Position numbers and translations under genes: made by a program
Source: Thermodesulfobacterium commune DSM 2178
GTDB taxonomy: Bacteria > Desulfobacterota > Thermodesulfobacteria > Thermodesulfobacteriales > Thermodesulfobacteriaceae
Direction of reading: 5' to 3'
Assembly: GCF_000734015.1 (NCBI RefSeq)
Contig: NZ_CP008796.1
Span: 30,001-62,000 of the forward strand
Length of the DNA: 32,000 nt
Shown: positions 17,967 to 28,125 of the stretch, in pieces
How positions within the stretch are numbered: the stretch's first letter is position 1
Layout: every line of letters begins with the position of its first letter
The notes under the pieces: generated by a model
What the model was told of the DNA's origin: nothing
The model's database searches: none
The model's input: the letters and a program-made list of their open reading frames with translations, nothing else

Positions 17967-18884
17967 TTAGACTATTTCTAACATCTTTTTTACAGCGTTA
18001 TAAGCCTTGACCCTTATTTCTTCTTCTACTACCACTTCAAACTCAAGGTTTTCTAAAGAGGACAAAAGGTTTTCTAAGGTAATTTTTTTCATCGAGGGGC
18101 AAACCATCTTTTCTGGGGCAGGATGATAAAATTTTTTGTCAGGGTTTTGTTGAGATAAAGGGTATAGCAGGCCTACCTCAGTTCCTATGATAAACTCCTG
18201 ATTTGGGAGTTCTTTAGCTAATCTTAACATTCCGCTGGTTGAGGCTACCCTGTCTGCCAAGTCTATAACCTCAGGTCTACACTCAGGATGGGCGATAAAA
18301 AGGGCCTCAGGATGAGCTTTTTTGGCCTCTAACACTTCTTCAGGGGTAAGAAGATGATGAAAAGGGCAAAAACCTTCAAAATAAATGATCTTTTTGTCAG
18401 GATAAAACCTCTGGGTATAACGGGCAAGGTTCATGTCTGGAAGCATGATAATCTGTTTTTCTTTAAACGTTCCCACTACTTTTACTGCATTAGCAGAGGT
18501 ACAGCATACATCACTTAAAGCCTTCACCTCAGCGGTTGAGTTAACATAGGTGACAACCGGTGCATCTGGATAGGCCTCTTTTAGGCGTAACACATCCTCA
18601 GGGGTTATCATGTCAGCCATCTCACAACAGGCACTTCCTACAGGTAAGAGGACCTTCTTTTTGGGTGATACGATTTTAGCGGTTTCTGCCATAAAATAAA
18701 CACCACAAAAAACGATAACCTCAGCGTCCGTTTTACTGGCTTTAAGACTTAACTCTAAAGAATCTCCTCTTAAGTCTGCAATGTCCTGTATCTCAGGAGG
18801 TTGATAGTTGTGGGCCAAAATGATGGCCTTTCTCTTTTCTTTTAGCTCAAGGATCCTCTCTATGAGCCTTTGCCTTTCCATCAA
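17967..18884 (-). CDS. nadA: quinolinate synthase
   Basis: ILAHNYQPPEIQDIADLRGDSLELS N-terminus and three-fold repeat architecture with conserved Cys. 305 aa. GGAGG SD. Confidence 0.92.
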   Translation of the reverse strand: MMERQRLIERILELKEKRKAIILAHNYQPPEIQDIADLRGDSLELSLKASKTDAEVIVFCGVYFMAETAKIVSPKKKVLLPVGSACCEMADMITPEDVLRLKEAYPDAPVVTYVNSTAEVKALSDVCCTSANAVKVVGTFKEKQIIMLPDMNLARYTQRFYPDKKIIYFEGFCPFHHLLTPEEVLEAKKAHPEALFIAHPECRPEVIDLADRVASTSGMLRLAKELPNQEFIIGTEVGLLYPLSQQNPDKKFYHPAPEKMVCPSMKKITLENLLSSLENLEFEVVVEEEIRVKAYNAVKKMLEIV

Positions 18885-18931
18885 GCCTCCTTAAAGACTT
18901 AAATTTATCATTTTAGTAAAAATATACGATT

Positions 18932-19777
18932 TTAATTTATTTTTTCAAGCAAGTTTTTAAGGTTTTGGTAGCAAGAAAAAGGAACAGAAAGGTTGTTAAG
19001 CCCTTTACCGAGTTTTATGTCAGGTTTGTTAGCGCCGTGAAAATCACTTCCTCCGGTAACGATAAGGTCAAGTTTTTGGGCTGTTTCAAGCAAAAATCGG
19101 GTAAAATCCTGGTTATGTTCGGTATAGTAGGCTTCAACCCCCATCAAACCTATATCTTTCAGCCAGGATAAGTATTTATAAAGGTCGGCATAAGAGAGTT
19201 TTAAGGTAAAAGGGTGGGCTAAAACAGGTATACCTTTAGCCTGTCTAATTTGGTTAATCGCCTCTTCAGGAGAAAGGAGGGCCTTAGGTACGTAAGCTAA
19301 GGCCCCTTTTTTTAAATATTTCTGGAAAGCCTCTTCAAAGGTTTTAACCACACCTTTTTTAACCAGAAGGTTGGCAATATGAGGTCTTCCTATCTCCCCT
19401 TGGGCGATTTCTTCTAACTCTTCTAAGGTAATATCTATTCCTGCTTGTTGAAGTTTTTCTATCATTTTTTGGTTACGGGTGTCTCTAGCTTTTTGTAAAA
19501 TCTCTAAGGTAGATTGTATTTCAGGGATTTCAGGTTGTAAAAAATAACCTAACAGATGAAAATGCCCTGGTCCTTCAAACTTAATGCTTATCTCGACCCC
19601 GCAAAGAAAGGGAAGGTCTACCTCTTTAGCAGTGAGATAGGCCTCTTTAAGTCCCTGGGTGGTGTCATGGTCTGTAAGGGCTAAGGCTTGTAATCCCTCT
19701 TTCTTGGCTAAAATTACCAACTCCTTAGGGGAAAAGGTTCCGTCAGAGGCGGTAGAATGGGTGTGAAGGTCAACCAA
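18932..19777 (-). CDS. PHP-domain phosphoesterase (TrpH/YciV-like)
   Basis: VDLHTHSTASDG metal motif, LTDHDT, HPF...and GGSDFHG motifs of the PHP family. 281 aa. Confidence 0.82.
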   Translation of the reverse strand: MVDLHTHSTASDGTFSPKELVILAKKEGLQALALTDHDTTQGLKEAYLTAKEVDLPFLCGVEISIKFEGPGHFHLLGYFLQPEIPEIQSTLEILQKARDTRNQKMIEKLQQAGIDITLEELEEIAQGEIGRPHIANLLVKKGVVKTFEEAFQKYLKKGALAYVPKALLSPEEAINQIRQAKGIPVLAHPFTLKLSYADLYKYLSWLKDIGLMGVEAYYTEHNQDFTRFLLETAQKLDLIVTGGSDFHGANKPDIKLGKGLNNLSVPFSCYQNLKNLLEKIN

Positions 19778-19780
19778 AAT

Positions 19781-21451
19781 TTAACCCCCTTTTTTCTTGT
19801 TTTGATAAGAGGCTTTGATAAAGTCCTTAAAAAGAGGATGGGGGGCGATAGGTTTAGATTTAAACTCAGGATGAAACTGGACCCCTACAAACCAAGGATG
19901 GTCTGAGATCTCTACTATCTCTACCAGCTCTCCGTCAGGAGAAGTCCCTGTGATCTTAAGCCCGGCTTTTTCTAATTCCTCTCTATAACGATTGTTAAAC
20001 TCATAACGATGTCTGTGTCTCTCAAAAATCTCATCTTGTTGATAAGCCTCCCAGGCTTTCGAGCCTTTTAAAAGTCTGCAAGGATAAGCCCCAAGGCGCA
20101 TCGTGCCACCCAAATCACAACCCTCTTCTCTTATTTCTATCTTGCCTGTACGGTAGTTATACCATTCTTTCATAAGATAGATTACTGGATAAGGGGTTTG
20201 GGGGTCAAACTCTGTAGAGTTCGCCTCTTTCCACCCAAGGACATTTCTTGCAAAATCTATCACCGAAAGCTGCATCCCTAAACAGATCCCAAAAAAGGGA
20301 ATTCCTTTTTCTCGGGCATACTTGATGGCTAAAAGTTTGCCTTTAACCCCTCTTACTCCAAACCCTCCAGGGACAAGAATCCCGTCGGCATCTTTAAGGA
20401 TCGAGGCTACGTTTTCCTCGGTAAGTTCATCAGAATTTACAAACTTTAGGTTTACCCTTAGCTTGTTAGCGATGCCTCCATGTACTAAAGCCTCGTTAAG
20501 GGACTTATAAGAATCTTTCAGGTTTACGTATTTTCCCACGATGGCTATGGTTACTTCGTCTTCAGGGTTTTTATAGATTTTTACTATCTCTTCCCAAAGG
20601 GAAAGGTCAGGCTCTCTGGTCCACATGTTAAGGTATTCTATGATTTTCTTATCTAAGCCCTCTTGATGAAACACCAGCGGTATCTCGTAGATACAGTCTA
20701 CGTCTTTGGCAGTGATCACTGCATCGTCTTCTACGTTACAGAAAAGGGCTATCTTTTTCTTGATGTCTGTAGGTAAAAACCTGTCAGTCCTGCATAAAAG
20801 GATGTCAGGTTGAATTCCGATAGCCCTTAATTCTTTTACGCTGTGCTGGGTAGGTTTGGTTTTTAACTCCCCTGCGGTTTTGATGTAAGGTACATAGGTG
20901 AGATGGATAAAAAGGGCGTTATCTCTACCAAGTTCATATCCTAACTGTCTTATAGCCTCAAGAAAAGGAAGACTTTCTATATCACCCACCGTCCCCCCTA
21001 TCTCTACGATAGCTACGTCTACGTTGTCTTCTGCTAAACTTAAAATAGCTTGTTTTATTTCGTCGGTAACATGGGGTATGATCTGGACGGTGCCACCTAA
21101 GAATTCCCCTTTTCTTTCTTTGGTGATAACTGAATAGTAGATTTTACCTGAGGTGTAGTTGTTTTTACTTCCCATCTGAGCCTGGGTAAACCGTTCGTAG
21201 TGTCCTAAGTCAAGGTCTGTTTCAGCTCCGTCTTCAGTAACATAAACCTCTCCGTGTTGAAAAGGGTTCATCGTGCCAGGGTCTACGTTGATGTAAGGGT
21301 CAAGTTTTTGGAAGGTAACTCTTAATCCTCGAGCTTCAAGCAAAGCCCCTATAGCAGCCGCAGCAAGCCCTTTTCCTAAAGAGGAAAGTACTCCTCCTGT
21401 GATAAAAATAAACTTAGTATGGACTTTTATCCTGTTCCTGGGCTTTCTCAT
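19781..21451 (-). CDS. pyrG: CTP synthase
   Basis: [30 protein letters not shown] and the glutaminase domain GICLGMQ...HRHRYEFN. 556 aa with a short basic N-terminal extension ([11 protein letters not shown]). Start is 3 nt after the upstream gene's stop. Confidence 0.96.
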   Translation of the reverse strand: MRKPRNRIKVHTKFIFITGGVLSSLGKGLAAAAIGALLEARGLRVTFQKLDPYINVDPGTMNPFQHGEVYVTEDGAETDLDLGHYERFTQAQMGSKNNYTSGKIYYSVITKERKGEFLGGTVQIIPHVTDEIKQAILSLAEDNVDVAIVEIGGTVGDIESLPFLEAIRQLGYELGRDNALFIHLTYVPYIKTAGELKTKPTQHSVKELRAIGIQPDILLCRTDRFLPTDIKKKIALFCNVEDDAVITAKDVDCIYEIPLVFHQEGLDKKIIEYLNMWTREPDLSLWEEIVKIYKNPEDEVTIAIVGKYVNLKDSYKSLNEALVHGGIANKLRVNLKFVNSDELTEENVASILKDADGILVPGGFGVRGVKGKLLAIKYAREKGIPFFGICLGMQLSVIDFARNVLGWKEANSTEFDPQTPYPVIYLMKEWYNYRTGKIEIREEGCDLGGTMRLGAYPCRLLKGSKAWEAYQQDEIFERHRHRYEFNNRYREELEKAGLKITGTSPDGELVEIVEISDHPWFVGVQFHPEFKSKPIAPHPLFKDFIKASYQNKKKGG

Positions 21452-21454
21452 ACC

Positions 21455-22630
21455 TCACACACTCCTTTTTAGGATTTTCCATTTGGTTGAGGTGGTGTTT
21501 AAACTTTTCAATCCCTCTTTTGTGACTAAAAAGGTTTCCTCTACACCAATTACTCCAACCTCAGGGAGGTGAAACTTAGGTTCTAAGGCTATCACCATGT
21601 TTTCTTTTATGGTCATTTTTTGTTTTTTCCCAAGGACAGGAGGTTCATCTATCTGCAGACCTACTCCATGTCCTATAAAACCTAAGTCTCCGTCAGAATA
21701 CATAAAATAACTGCCAAGACCGGTTTTTTCAGCTAACTCCTTAGCTTTAGCAAAGATCTCATCTCCGTTTAAACCTGGCTTTATGAACTCCTTGAGTTCC
21801 TTTAAGATATAAAGACTTCCCTGATAAACTTCATGGGCATAAGGCAGTTTTTTAAAACTAACCATCCTGGTCTGGTCTATGTAGTAGCCCTGGTGATAAC
21901 CACTGAAGTCTATAAGAATAGGTTCATCTTCTTTTAAGATTTTCTTATAACTTGCCCCTCCCGGAAAACAAGGTACTCCCTCACCTCCTTCTCCTGTATA
22001 AGAGGGAGTAGCTTTAAGACCTTCTTTACCAGAGATAAGGTATCCAAAGGTGAGTTCAAATCCGTTTAAAGACCTAGTAAGTCCAGGATGACCTAATATC
22101 CTTAGTTCTTTTTCTAAAATAGCACTGGCTTCTAACTCTTTAATTCCTGGTTTGAAGTGAGGTAAAGCCCTTTTAAGAGCTTTATCAAGCATCTTTCCTG
22201 CTTTTCTGATACATTCGATCTCATAGGGGGTTTTAACCGCCCGTGTTTCTAAGATAAGTTGATCTATGGCAATAAAAGAATAACCCTCAAGCAGTGCCTG
22301 ATATCTTAAAAAATCTCTTACAGGGATGTTTTCTTTTTCTATGCCTAACGAGCCTTTAGAACGAAGAGAAGAGATGATTAAAGGTAGTTCTTTTAGGCTT
22401 TTTATGGGTTCACAGGGAATTAAAGTTTCCTTTTTAGCCCTCTCCCAAGGACGGTTTATCAAAAGCTTTACTTCCTTAGGGCTTATCAAAAGAAATCCTT
22501 TGGCAAAGGTTCCGCTAAAATAAAAGATGTTGAGAGGGTTTATAATCAAGGCTAAATCGATTTGGTGCTGGTTAAGAAGTTGTTGAAACCTTTGGAGACG
22601 GAACTTTACTTCATCGGTTTGCAGGTTCAT
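21455..22630 (-). CDS. M24-family metallopeptidase (Xaa-Pro aminopeptidase/dipeptidase-like)
   Basis: Creatinase/prolidase N-domain followed by a pita-bread fold with IDFSGYHQGYYIDQTR, GHGVGLQIDEPP, ALEPKF and GVEETFLVT metal-ligand motifs. Confidence 0.85.
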   Translation of the reverse strand: MNLQTDEVKFRLQRFQQLLNQHQIDLALIINPLNIFYFSGTFAKGFLLISPKEVKLLINRPWERAKKETLIPCEPIKSLKELPLIISSLRSKGSLGIEKENIPVRDFLRYQALLEGYSFIAIDQLILETRAVKTPYEIECIRKAGKMLDKALKRALPHFKPGIKELEASAILEKELRILGHPGLTRSLNGFELTFGYLISGKEGLKATPSYTGEGGEGVPCFPGGASYKKILKEDEPILIDFSGYHQGYYIDQTRMVSFKKLPYAHEVYQGSLYILKELKEFIKPGLNGDEIFAKAKELAEKTGLGSYFMYSDGDLGFIGHGVGLQIDEPPVLGKKQKMTIKENMVIALEPKFHLPEVGVIGVEETFLVTKEGLKSLNTTSTKWKILKRSV

Positions 22631-23615
22631 CTTTTTTTTCTTGTTCCTTTTGTTCTGTTTGTGAAGAGGCTTCTTGTTCTATTTTTTTTAATCTTTCGGC
22701 GATGGCTAAAACGGTGTTAGCATAAGGTTCACTTAGGTTGTACTTCATGATAACAGCTTTTTTCTCTTCTACTGTTCCGTTCAAGTTGTAGCCTTCTTTT
22801 TTTAGGTAGTTGGCTATGCTAGCTAAGGCGTCTTCCATCTTAAAAAGGTCTACCTTGCCGTCTTGGTCCCAATCGTAACCATAGATTACGTAACTTTTGG
22901 GTACAAACTGGGGATAACCAAAGGCTCCAAAGATAGACCCTTTGATAGAGAAAGGATCCCATTTATTTTGATAGCAGATGGTAAGAAAGTGTAAAAGCTC
23001 GTTATAAGCCCAGTTACTTCTTTTAGCGATGATGTTTGAATTTCTTTCGTCATCTAACGAAATAGTTTCGTCATACACAAAGTTTTTAAGCAAATCTTTA
23101 TTACCTGAAAGGGTAAGGCTAAAAAACACGTTAAATACAGGAAATTTTCCGGTGTTTTGTCCAAGATTGGTTTCAACCAATAAAATCGCCACTATTACCT
23201 CTTTATCAACCCCAAAGTTTTTTTCTAAGTTTTCGAGAAACTCTAAGTTCTCTTTTAAAAAGTTTTTAGCCCGCTCAACCCTCTGGTCTTCTAAAAACTG
23301 ATGGTAAGGTAATTTGGTTTCTTTCCAGGTAAGTCTTTTTATCATCAGGTTGGGAAGATAGGCAAGCTCAGGAGAAGAAAAAACCTCTTCTATGTATTCT
23401 TCAGGAACCTTCCCTTTAAGGTCATTTTTTATGCGGTTTTTAAGGTCTTCTACATAAGGTTTAAGCAAAGGATCATTAGCCAAAACTTTTACAGGTTTTA
23501 CAGCAGGGTGAAAAAGGATACCTAACAGCCCTAATAATAACCCTAAAATTATTAGGGAAAAACTCCAGACTACCCTGCTTTGGCTAAATTGAGTAAAGAA
23601 CCCTTTAATATGCAT
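22611..23615 (-). CDS. lytic murein transglycosylase (MltB/SLT_2-like), membrane-anchored
   Basis: N-terminal anchor VVWSFSLIILGLLLGLLGILF. Catalytic region ILLVETNLGQNTG and GAFGYPQFVPKSY typical of MltB-type enzymes. AAGGGA SD. 46-nt overlap with the aconitase 3' end. Confidence 0.75.
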   Translation of the reverse strand: MHIKGFFTQFSQSRVVWSFSLIILGLLLGLLGILFHPAVKPVKVLANDPLLKPYVEDLKNRIKNDLKGKVPEEYIEEVFSSPELAYLPNLMIKRLTWKETKLPYHQFLEDQRVERAKNFLKENLEFLENLEKNFGVDKEVIVAILLVETNLGQNTGKFPVFNVFFSLTLSGNKDLLKNFVYDETISLDDERNSNIIAKRSNWAYNELLHFLTICYQNKWDPFSIKGSIFGAFGYPQFVPKSYVIYGYDWDQDGKVDLFKMEDALASIANYLKKEGYNLNGTVEEKKAVIMKYNLSEPYANTVLAIAERLKKIEQEASSQTEQKEQEKKDEPANR

Positions 23616-25510
23616 TCTCTTTCCCTTTCTGTGAGTTCAGCTAAGGCCCAAACCTCACCTTTCCCTTTGATTATAATTTTAACCCTTTTTTCCCCTTTTT
23701 CTATCAAGTTTCGAATGTTTTCTATGATAAAACTATCTCCTTGAGAGATTTTTTCATAGTCTGCCGGGTTTTCAAAGGTAAGAGGCAAGATTCCAAAGTT
23801 AATCAGGTTGCTTCTGTGGATCCTGGCAAAGGATCTGGCCAATTTTACCCTTACCCCTAAATACCTTGGGGCTAAGGCTGCATGTTCCCTTGAGGAACCT
23901 TGCCCGTAGTTTTCTCCTCCTACAATCCCTACAGCCAATCCTTTTTCTTTTAGCTCTAAAGATTTTTTAGCAAAATCTGGGTCTACGTTTTTGTATACAA
24001 ACTGGCTGATTGCCGGTAGGTTACTTCTTAAAGGTAAAATTTGGGCTCCAGCAGGCATGATATGGTCGGTTGTGATGTTATCTCCTACCTTTAACACAAA
24101 AATCCCTTCTAAGGTTTCAGGAAGAGGGTCAAACGGTGGAAGAGGAGCTATGTTAGGCCCTCTTATGATTTCTACTTTTTTTGCCTCATCTTCTGGTAGA
24201 GGTGGTATTAGAAGGGTGTCGTTTATAATAAACTTTTCTGGAAGAACTACCTCTGGATATTCTCCTAATTCTCTTGGGTCGGTTATTACCCCTTTGATGG
24301 CAGAGGCTACCGCGGTTTCAGGAGAGACTAAATATACGAAATCAGGGTTTGTGCCAGAACGTCCTGGGAAGTTTCTGGTAAAAGTTCTTAGAGAGATGGA
24401 GTTAGTAGGAGGGGCTTGTCCCATACCAATACAACCTAAGCATCCACTTTGGTGAAGCCTTGTGCCTCCCTCTAACAGGGATTTTAATCCTGAAAGTACT
24501 ACCAGATTTTCAAGCACCTGAAGAGACCCAGGGTTTACCTCAAAAGAGACGTCAGGATGCACTTTATATTTTTCAAGTACCTTAGCTACAACCAGCAGGT
24601 CTTTTAACGAAGAATTGGCACAAGACCCTATGATAACCTGAGCCACAGGTTTACCTGCCTCTTCTGCAACCCTTTTTACGTTGTCAGGAGAAGAGGGACA
24701 GGCGCAAAGAGGTTCTAACTTGGAAAGGTCAACCTCTATGATTTCGTCATACTGAGCGTTTTCGTCAGGCAAAAGTTCTACAAAGTCCTGTTCTCTTCCC
24801 TGAGCTATCAGCCATTTACGGGTAATTTCATCAGATGGGAAAATACTGGTGGTTGCTCCCATTTCTGTACCTAAATTACAGATGGTAGCCCTTTCAGGTA
24901 CGCTAAGATACTTTATCCCGGGGCCAAAATACTCTAAAATTTTCCCTAAACCACCTTTTACCGTAAGTTTAGAAAGAAGATAAAGAGCAATGTCTCTTGC
25001 TGTTACCCAAGGCTGAAGTTTTCCCTCTAAATAAACTCCTACTATCTTAGGAGTTCTAAGATAAAAGGGCTTTCCTGCCATAGCCATCGCTACATCAAGG
25101 CCACCTGCACCTATGGCAATCATTCCACATCCGCCAGCAGTAGGGGTATGGCTGTCAGAACCTAACAAGGTTTTACCAGGCCTGGCAAACCTTTCCAAAT
25201 GCACCTGATGACAGATCCCGTTCCCTGGCTTAGAAAACCAAATCCCATAACGTTTGGCTATACTTTGTAAAAACCTGTGGTCGTCTGCGTTTTTAAAATC
25301 ACTCTGTAAGATGTTATGGTCTACATAAGATACCGAAAGTTCTGTTTTTACTCTGTCTATACCTATGGCTTCAAACTCAAGATAAGCCATCGTCCCGGTT
25401 GCATCTTGGGTAAGGGTTTGGTCTATCTTGATGGCGATTTCTTCTCCAGGCACTAAACGCCCAGACACTAAATGGTTTTCTAAAATTTTGTAAGCCAAAG
25501 GTTTCCCCAT
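23570..25510 (-). CDS. aconitate hydratase, short 'Aquifex-type' member of the aconitase superfamily
   Basis: 646 aa. IDQTLTQDATGTMA, GSDSHTPTAGG, GSCANSS, Fe-S Cys region CLGCIGMG and swivel-domain GENYGQGSSREHAAL motifs. Domain order as in the single-chain putative aconitases of Aquificae/thermophiles. Confidence 0.87.
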   Translation of the reverse strand: MGKPLAYKILENHLVSGRLVPGEEIAIKIDQTLTQDATGTMAYLEFEAIGIDRVKTELSVSYVDHNILQSDFKNADDHRFLQSIAKRYGIWFSKPGNGICHQVHLERFARPGKTLLGSDSHTPTAGGCGMIAIGAGGLDVAMAMAGKPFYLRTPKIVGVYLEGKLQPWVTARDIALYLLSKLTVKGGLGKILEYFGPGIKYLSVPERATICNLGTEMGATTSIFPSDEITRKWLIAQGREQDFVELLPDENAQYDEIIEVDLSKLEPLCACPSSPDNVKRVAEEAGKPVAQVIIGSCANSSLKDLLVVAKVLEKYKVHPDVSFEVNPGSLQVLENLVVLSGLKSLLEGGTRLHQSGCLGCIGMGQAPPTNSISLRTFTRNFPGRSGTNPDFVYLVSPETAVASAIKGVITDPRELGEYPEVVLPEKFIINDTLLIPPLPEDEAKKVEIIRGPNIAPLPPFDPLPETLEGIFVLKVGDNITTDHIMPAGAQILPLRSNLPAISQFVYKNVDPDFAKKSLELKEKGLAVGIVGGENYGQGSSREHAALAPRYLGVRVKLARSFARIHRSNLINFGILPLTFENPADYEKISQGDSFIIENIRNLIEKGEKRVKIIIKGKGEVWALAELTERERECILKGSLLNLAKAG

Positions 25511-25543
25511 CTTTTCCTCCTTAGAAGATTTACTGAGGTTGTT

Positions 25544-26221
25544 TTACAACTCTCCAAAACACTCTGGGAAAAGGGCCTTAAACTTTTCTAAGGTCTTTTC
25601 TACTTCCGGTTGTATTGACTTGAATTTTTCAGTTTTTATCGAAAAAAGAACAAATTCCGAGATAGAAAATGAGGTGTAAAGGCAAAACTCTTTAGGTTTA
25701 GGCTCAAAAACAAAGAAAAAGTTGGTAAGATAGGGGGTAATTTTTAATAAATCTTCGCTGTTACCATCTATCCTCAGGTTAAAGATTATGTGCTTAGCCT
25801 TTAAAAAGGCAGGAAGCTCGGTTTTTCCTGCCGTGGTTAAAAGCTCTAAAAGGATATCTTGAGACACAACGATGGAATGTTTGGGAGAAACGTCCTTTAA
25901 AAACTCAGAAGGAAGCTCTTTAGAAAGAAGAAGATAAAGGTTTTTAACTAGTTTCAAGTCTATATGTTGAGAAATGATCTCCCTTAAGGCATAAACAGAA
26001 AGGGTAAGGAGATACTCCCTTTTCCCGATTTCGTCAAACTTTATTCCGGTAGGGGTGCGCTCTAAAAATTTATAAACCGGGCTATCACTTGAGGCCTTTA
26101 TCCTTAATGTAAGATAGAAAAGCTTAAAGGCCTCTTCTAAAGGCAGTTTCAGCTGTTGCTTAACTACCGACAAAAACTCTTTTGGGTCTTCTGGTAAGCT
26201 ACCTATCCAGTTAAACCTCAT
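25544..26221 (-). CDS. hypothetical protein (no recognisable motif)
   Basis: 225-aa ORF co-directional with and tightly spaced between ispD (30 nt) and the aconitase gene (33 nt). Composition is like neighbouring genes. No catalytic or binding motif recognised by eye. Confidence 0.6.
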   Translation of the reverse strand: MRFNWIGSLPEDPKEFLSVVKQQLKLPLEEAFKLFYLTLRIKASSDSPVYKFLERTPTGIKFDEIGKREYLLTLSVYALREIISQHIDLKLVKNLYLLLSKELPSEFLKDVSPKHSIVVSQDILLELLTTAGKTELPAFLKAKHIIFNLRIDGNSEDLLKITPYLTNFFFVFEPKPKEFCLYTSFSISEFVLFSIKTEKFKSIQPEVEKTLEKFKALFPECFGEL

Positions 26222-26251
26222 GAAAACAAAGCAATCCTTAATAAAGTTTGG

Positions 26252-26944
26252 TTAAAATAATGTTTCTATTTTACAATCAATTAACTTTTCTGCAAGGATA
26301 AGGTCCTCTTTAAAAGTGATTTTAAAGTTTAGCCAAGAACCTTCTACTACATAAACAGGATGGCCAAAATAGGTTAAAAGAGAACTTTCGTCTGTGAACT
26401 CTAACCCCCTGGCTATGGCCTCATCAAGACAGGTTTTCAAAAGGTTAGCCTTTATTCCTTGAGGGGTTTGGATATGAAACAGATTTTCCCTGGGCACGTT
26501 AGCTTTCACAAGGTGATCTTTCACTAAATTTAAGGTATCCCTTACAGGGATAGCCGGGACAGAGGCTCCATAAGAACGAGTAGCTTCTATCACCCTTTTT
26601 ATAAGGGATTCGGGAACAAAAGGCCTTACGGCATCATGCACAAGGAAGACTTCTGTTTCTAGAGGGGCTATTTTAACCGCTTGATAAACTGACCTCTGTC
26701 TGGTTGTGCCACCCTCAACTATTTTTAACACCTTTCTGAGGTTAAAGCTTTTGATCAGGTTTTCGGTATGTTCTAAATAAAGTGGGTGGGTAGCTATGAT
26801 TATCCCGTCTATCTGAGGGGCTTTTTCAAAGGCTAAAAGGGTTCTTACTAAAAGAGGTATTCCCTTCAGGTCTAAGAACTGTTTGGGGAGGGATTCTCCC
26901 AGCCTCTCTCCTTTTCCTGCAGCAGGGAGTATAGCAACTACCAT
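26252..26944 (-). CDS. ispD: 2-C-methyl-D-erythritol 4-phosphate cytidylyltransferase
   Basis: MVVAILPAAGKGERLG...PKQFLDLKGIPLL N-terminus is the IspD signature. Started at ATG 26944 (230 aa). The track's GTG at 27055 adds 37 unrelated residues and runs into aroC. Confidence 0.88.
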   Translation of the reverse strand: MVVAILPAAGKGERLGESLPKQFLDLKGIPLLVRTLLAFEKAPQIDGIIIATHPLYLEHTENLIKSFNLRKVLKIVEGGTTRQRSVYQAVKIAPLETEVFLVHDAVRPFVPESLIKRVIEATRSYGASVPAIPVRDTLNLVKDHLVKANVPRENLFHIQTPQGIKANLLKTCLDEAIARGLEFTDESSLLTYFGHPVYVVEGSWLNFKITFKEDLILAEKLIDCKIETLF

Positions 26945-27014
26945 AGGCCTTCTGATTTGTTTTTTTAGGTTTAGAATTATAATAAACAAAAACAGAAAAT
27001 AAAGGGGAAAAGAC

Positions 27015-28109
27015 ATGTCAGGAAATAGTTTTGGGGTTTTATTTAGGGTTACCACCTTTGGAGAATCTCATGGTAAGGCCCTTGGAGCGGTGGTAGAGGG
27101 ATGTCCACCTGGTTTAACCTTGTCAGAGGAGTATATTCAGAAAGAAGTAGATAAAAGACGGTCTAAGGAGTTTATCGGGCAAACCCCTCGTAAAGAAAAG
27201 GATCGGGTGGAAATTCTTTCTGGGGTTTTTGAAGGATATACGACGGGAACTCCGATAGGGATTTTAGTGTATAACACCGACGTAAAGTCTTCTGCCTATC
27301 AACAGCTTAAAGAGGTGTTTAGACCAGGCCATGCAGATTTTACCTATCATATGAAATACGGAGGTTTTAGAGACTACAGAGGAGGAGGAAGAAGTAGCGG
27401 AAGGGAAACGGTGGTAAGGGTAGCTGCCGGAGCTGTAGCTAAAAGGGTGCTTGAAGAATATGGGATATCTGTGGTAGCATATACCATTGCTCTTGGTGGG
27501 GTAGTTGCTGAAAAAAGAGACCTTGAGTTTATTTATCAAAATCATCTTTATTGCCCTGATGAGGAGGCCTATTTAAAGATGTGCCAAAAGATTGAAGAAG
27601 CAGTTAGAGAGGGAGACTCTTTAGGAGGGGTGGTAGAGGTTTTAGCGAGGGGAGTGCCTGCAGGACTGGGAGAGCCAGTTTTTGATAAACTTGAGGCTGA
27701 TCTATCTAAGGGTTTGATGAGTATAGGGGCGGTAAAAGGGGTAGAGGTGGGAGCTGGTTTTAAGGCTGCTCAACTTAAAGGCTCTGAAAATAACGACCCT
27801 ATCTCTTCTCATGGATTTTTAAAAAACGATGCCGGAGGGATCTTAGGAGGGATTTCTTCAGGGCAAGATATAGTTTTAAGGGTTGCGGTAAAACCTATCC
27901 CCAGTATAAGAAAACCTCAAAAGACGATAAATCTCCAAAAAGAAGAGTTAGACCTTATCATAGAAGGAAGACATGATGTTTCTGCAATACCACGGATTGT
28001 TCCTGTGGTAGAGGCTATGGTTAGGATCGTGCTTGCAGACCATCTTTTAAGGCAGTTAGCCTATCTGGCCTTTCAGCAAAGATTACGTTTCCCTAACTTT
28101 TGGGGTTAA
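27015..28109 (+). CDS. aroC: chorismate synthase
   Basis: [27 protein letters not shown] and [10 protein letters not shown] signatures. 364 aa. AAGGGGA SD. Confidence 0.96.
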   Translation: MSGNSFGVLFRVTTFGESHGKALGAVVEGCPPGLTLSEEYIQKEVDKRRSKEFIGQTPRKEKDRVEILSGVFEGYTTGTPIGILVYNTDVKSSAYQQLKEVFRPGHADFTYHMKYGGFRDYRGGGRSSGRETVVRVAAGAVAKRVLEEYGISVVAYTIALGGVVAEKRDLEFIYQNHLYCPDEEAYLKMCQKIEEAVREGDSLGGVVEVLARGVPAGLGEPVFDKLEADLSKGLMSIGAVKGVEVGAGFKAAQLKGSENNDPISSHGFLKNDAGGILGGISSGQDIVLRVAVKPIPSIRKPQKTINLQKEELDLIIEGRHDVSAIPRIVPVVEAMVRIVLADHLLRQLAYLAFQQRLRFPNFWG

Positions 28110-28125
28110 AGGTTTTTAGGTTGGT

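Noticed and set aside
23991-24455. 154-aa plus-strand ORF
   Set aside because: It lies entirely antisense to the aconitase gene, whose family motifs are unambiguous. Its composition is typical of a shadow frame.
26945-27055. 37-aa N-terminal extension of ispD (GTG at 27055) overlapping the aroC start
   Set aside because: IspD homologues start right at the xxVAILPAAGxGxRxG motif. The extension is hydrophobic junk translated from the divergent promoter region and the aroC 5' end.
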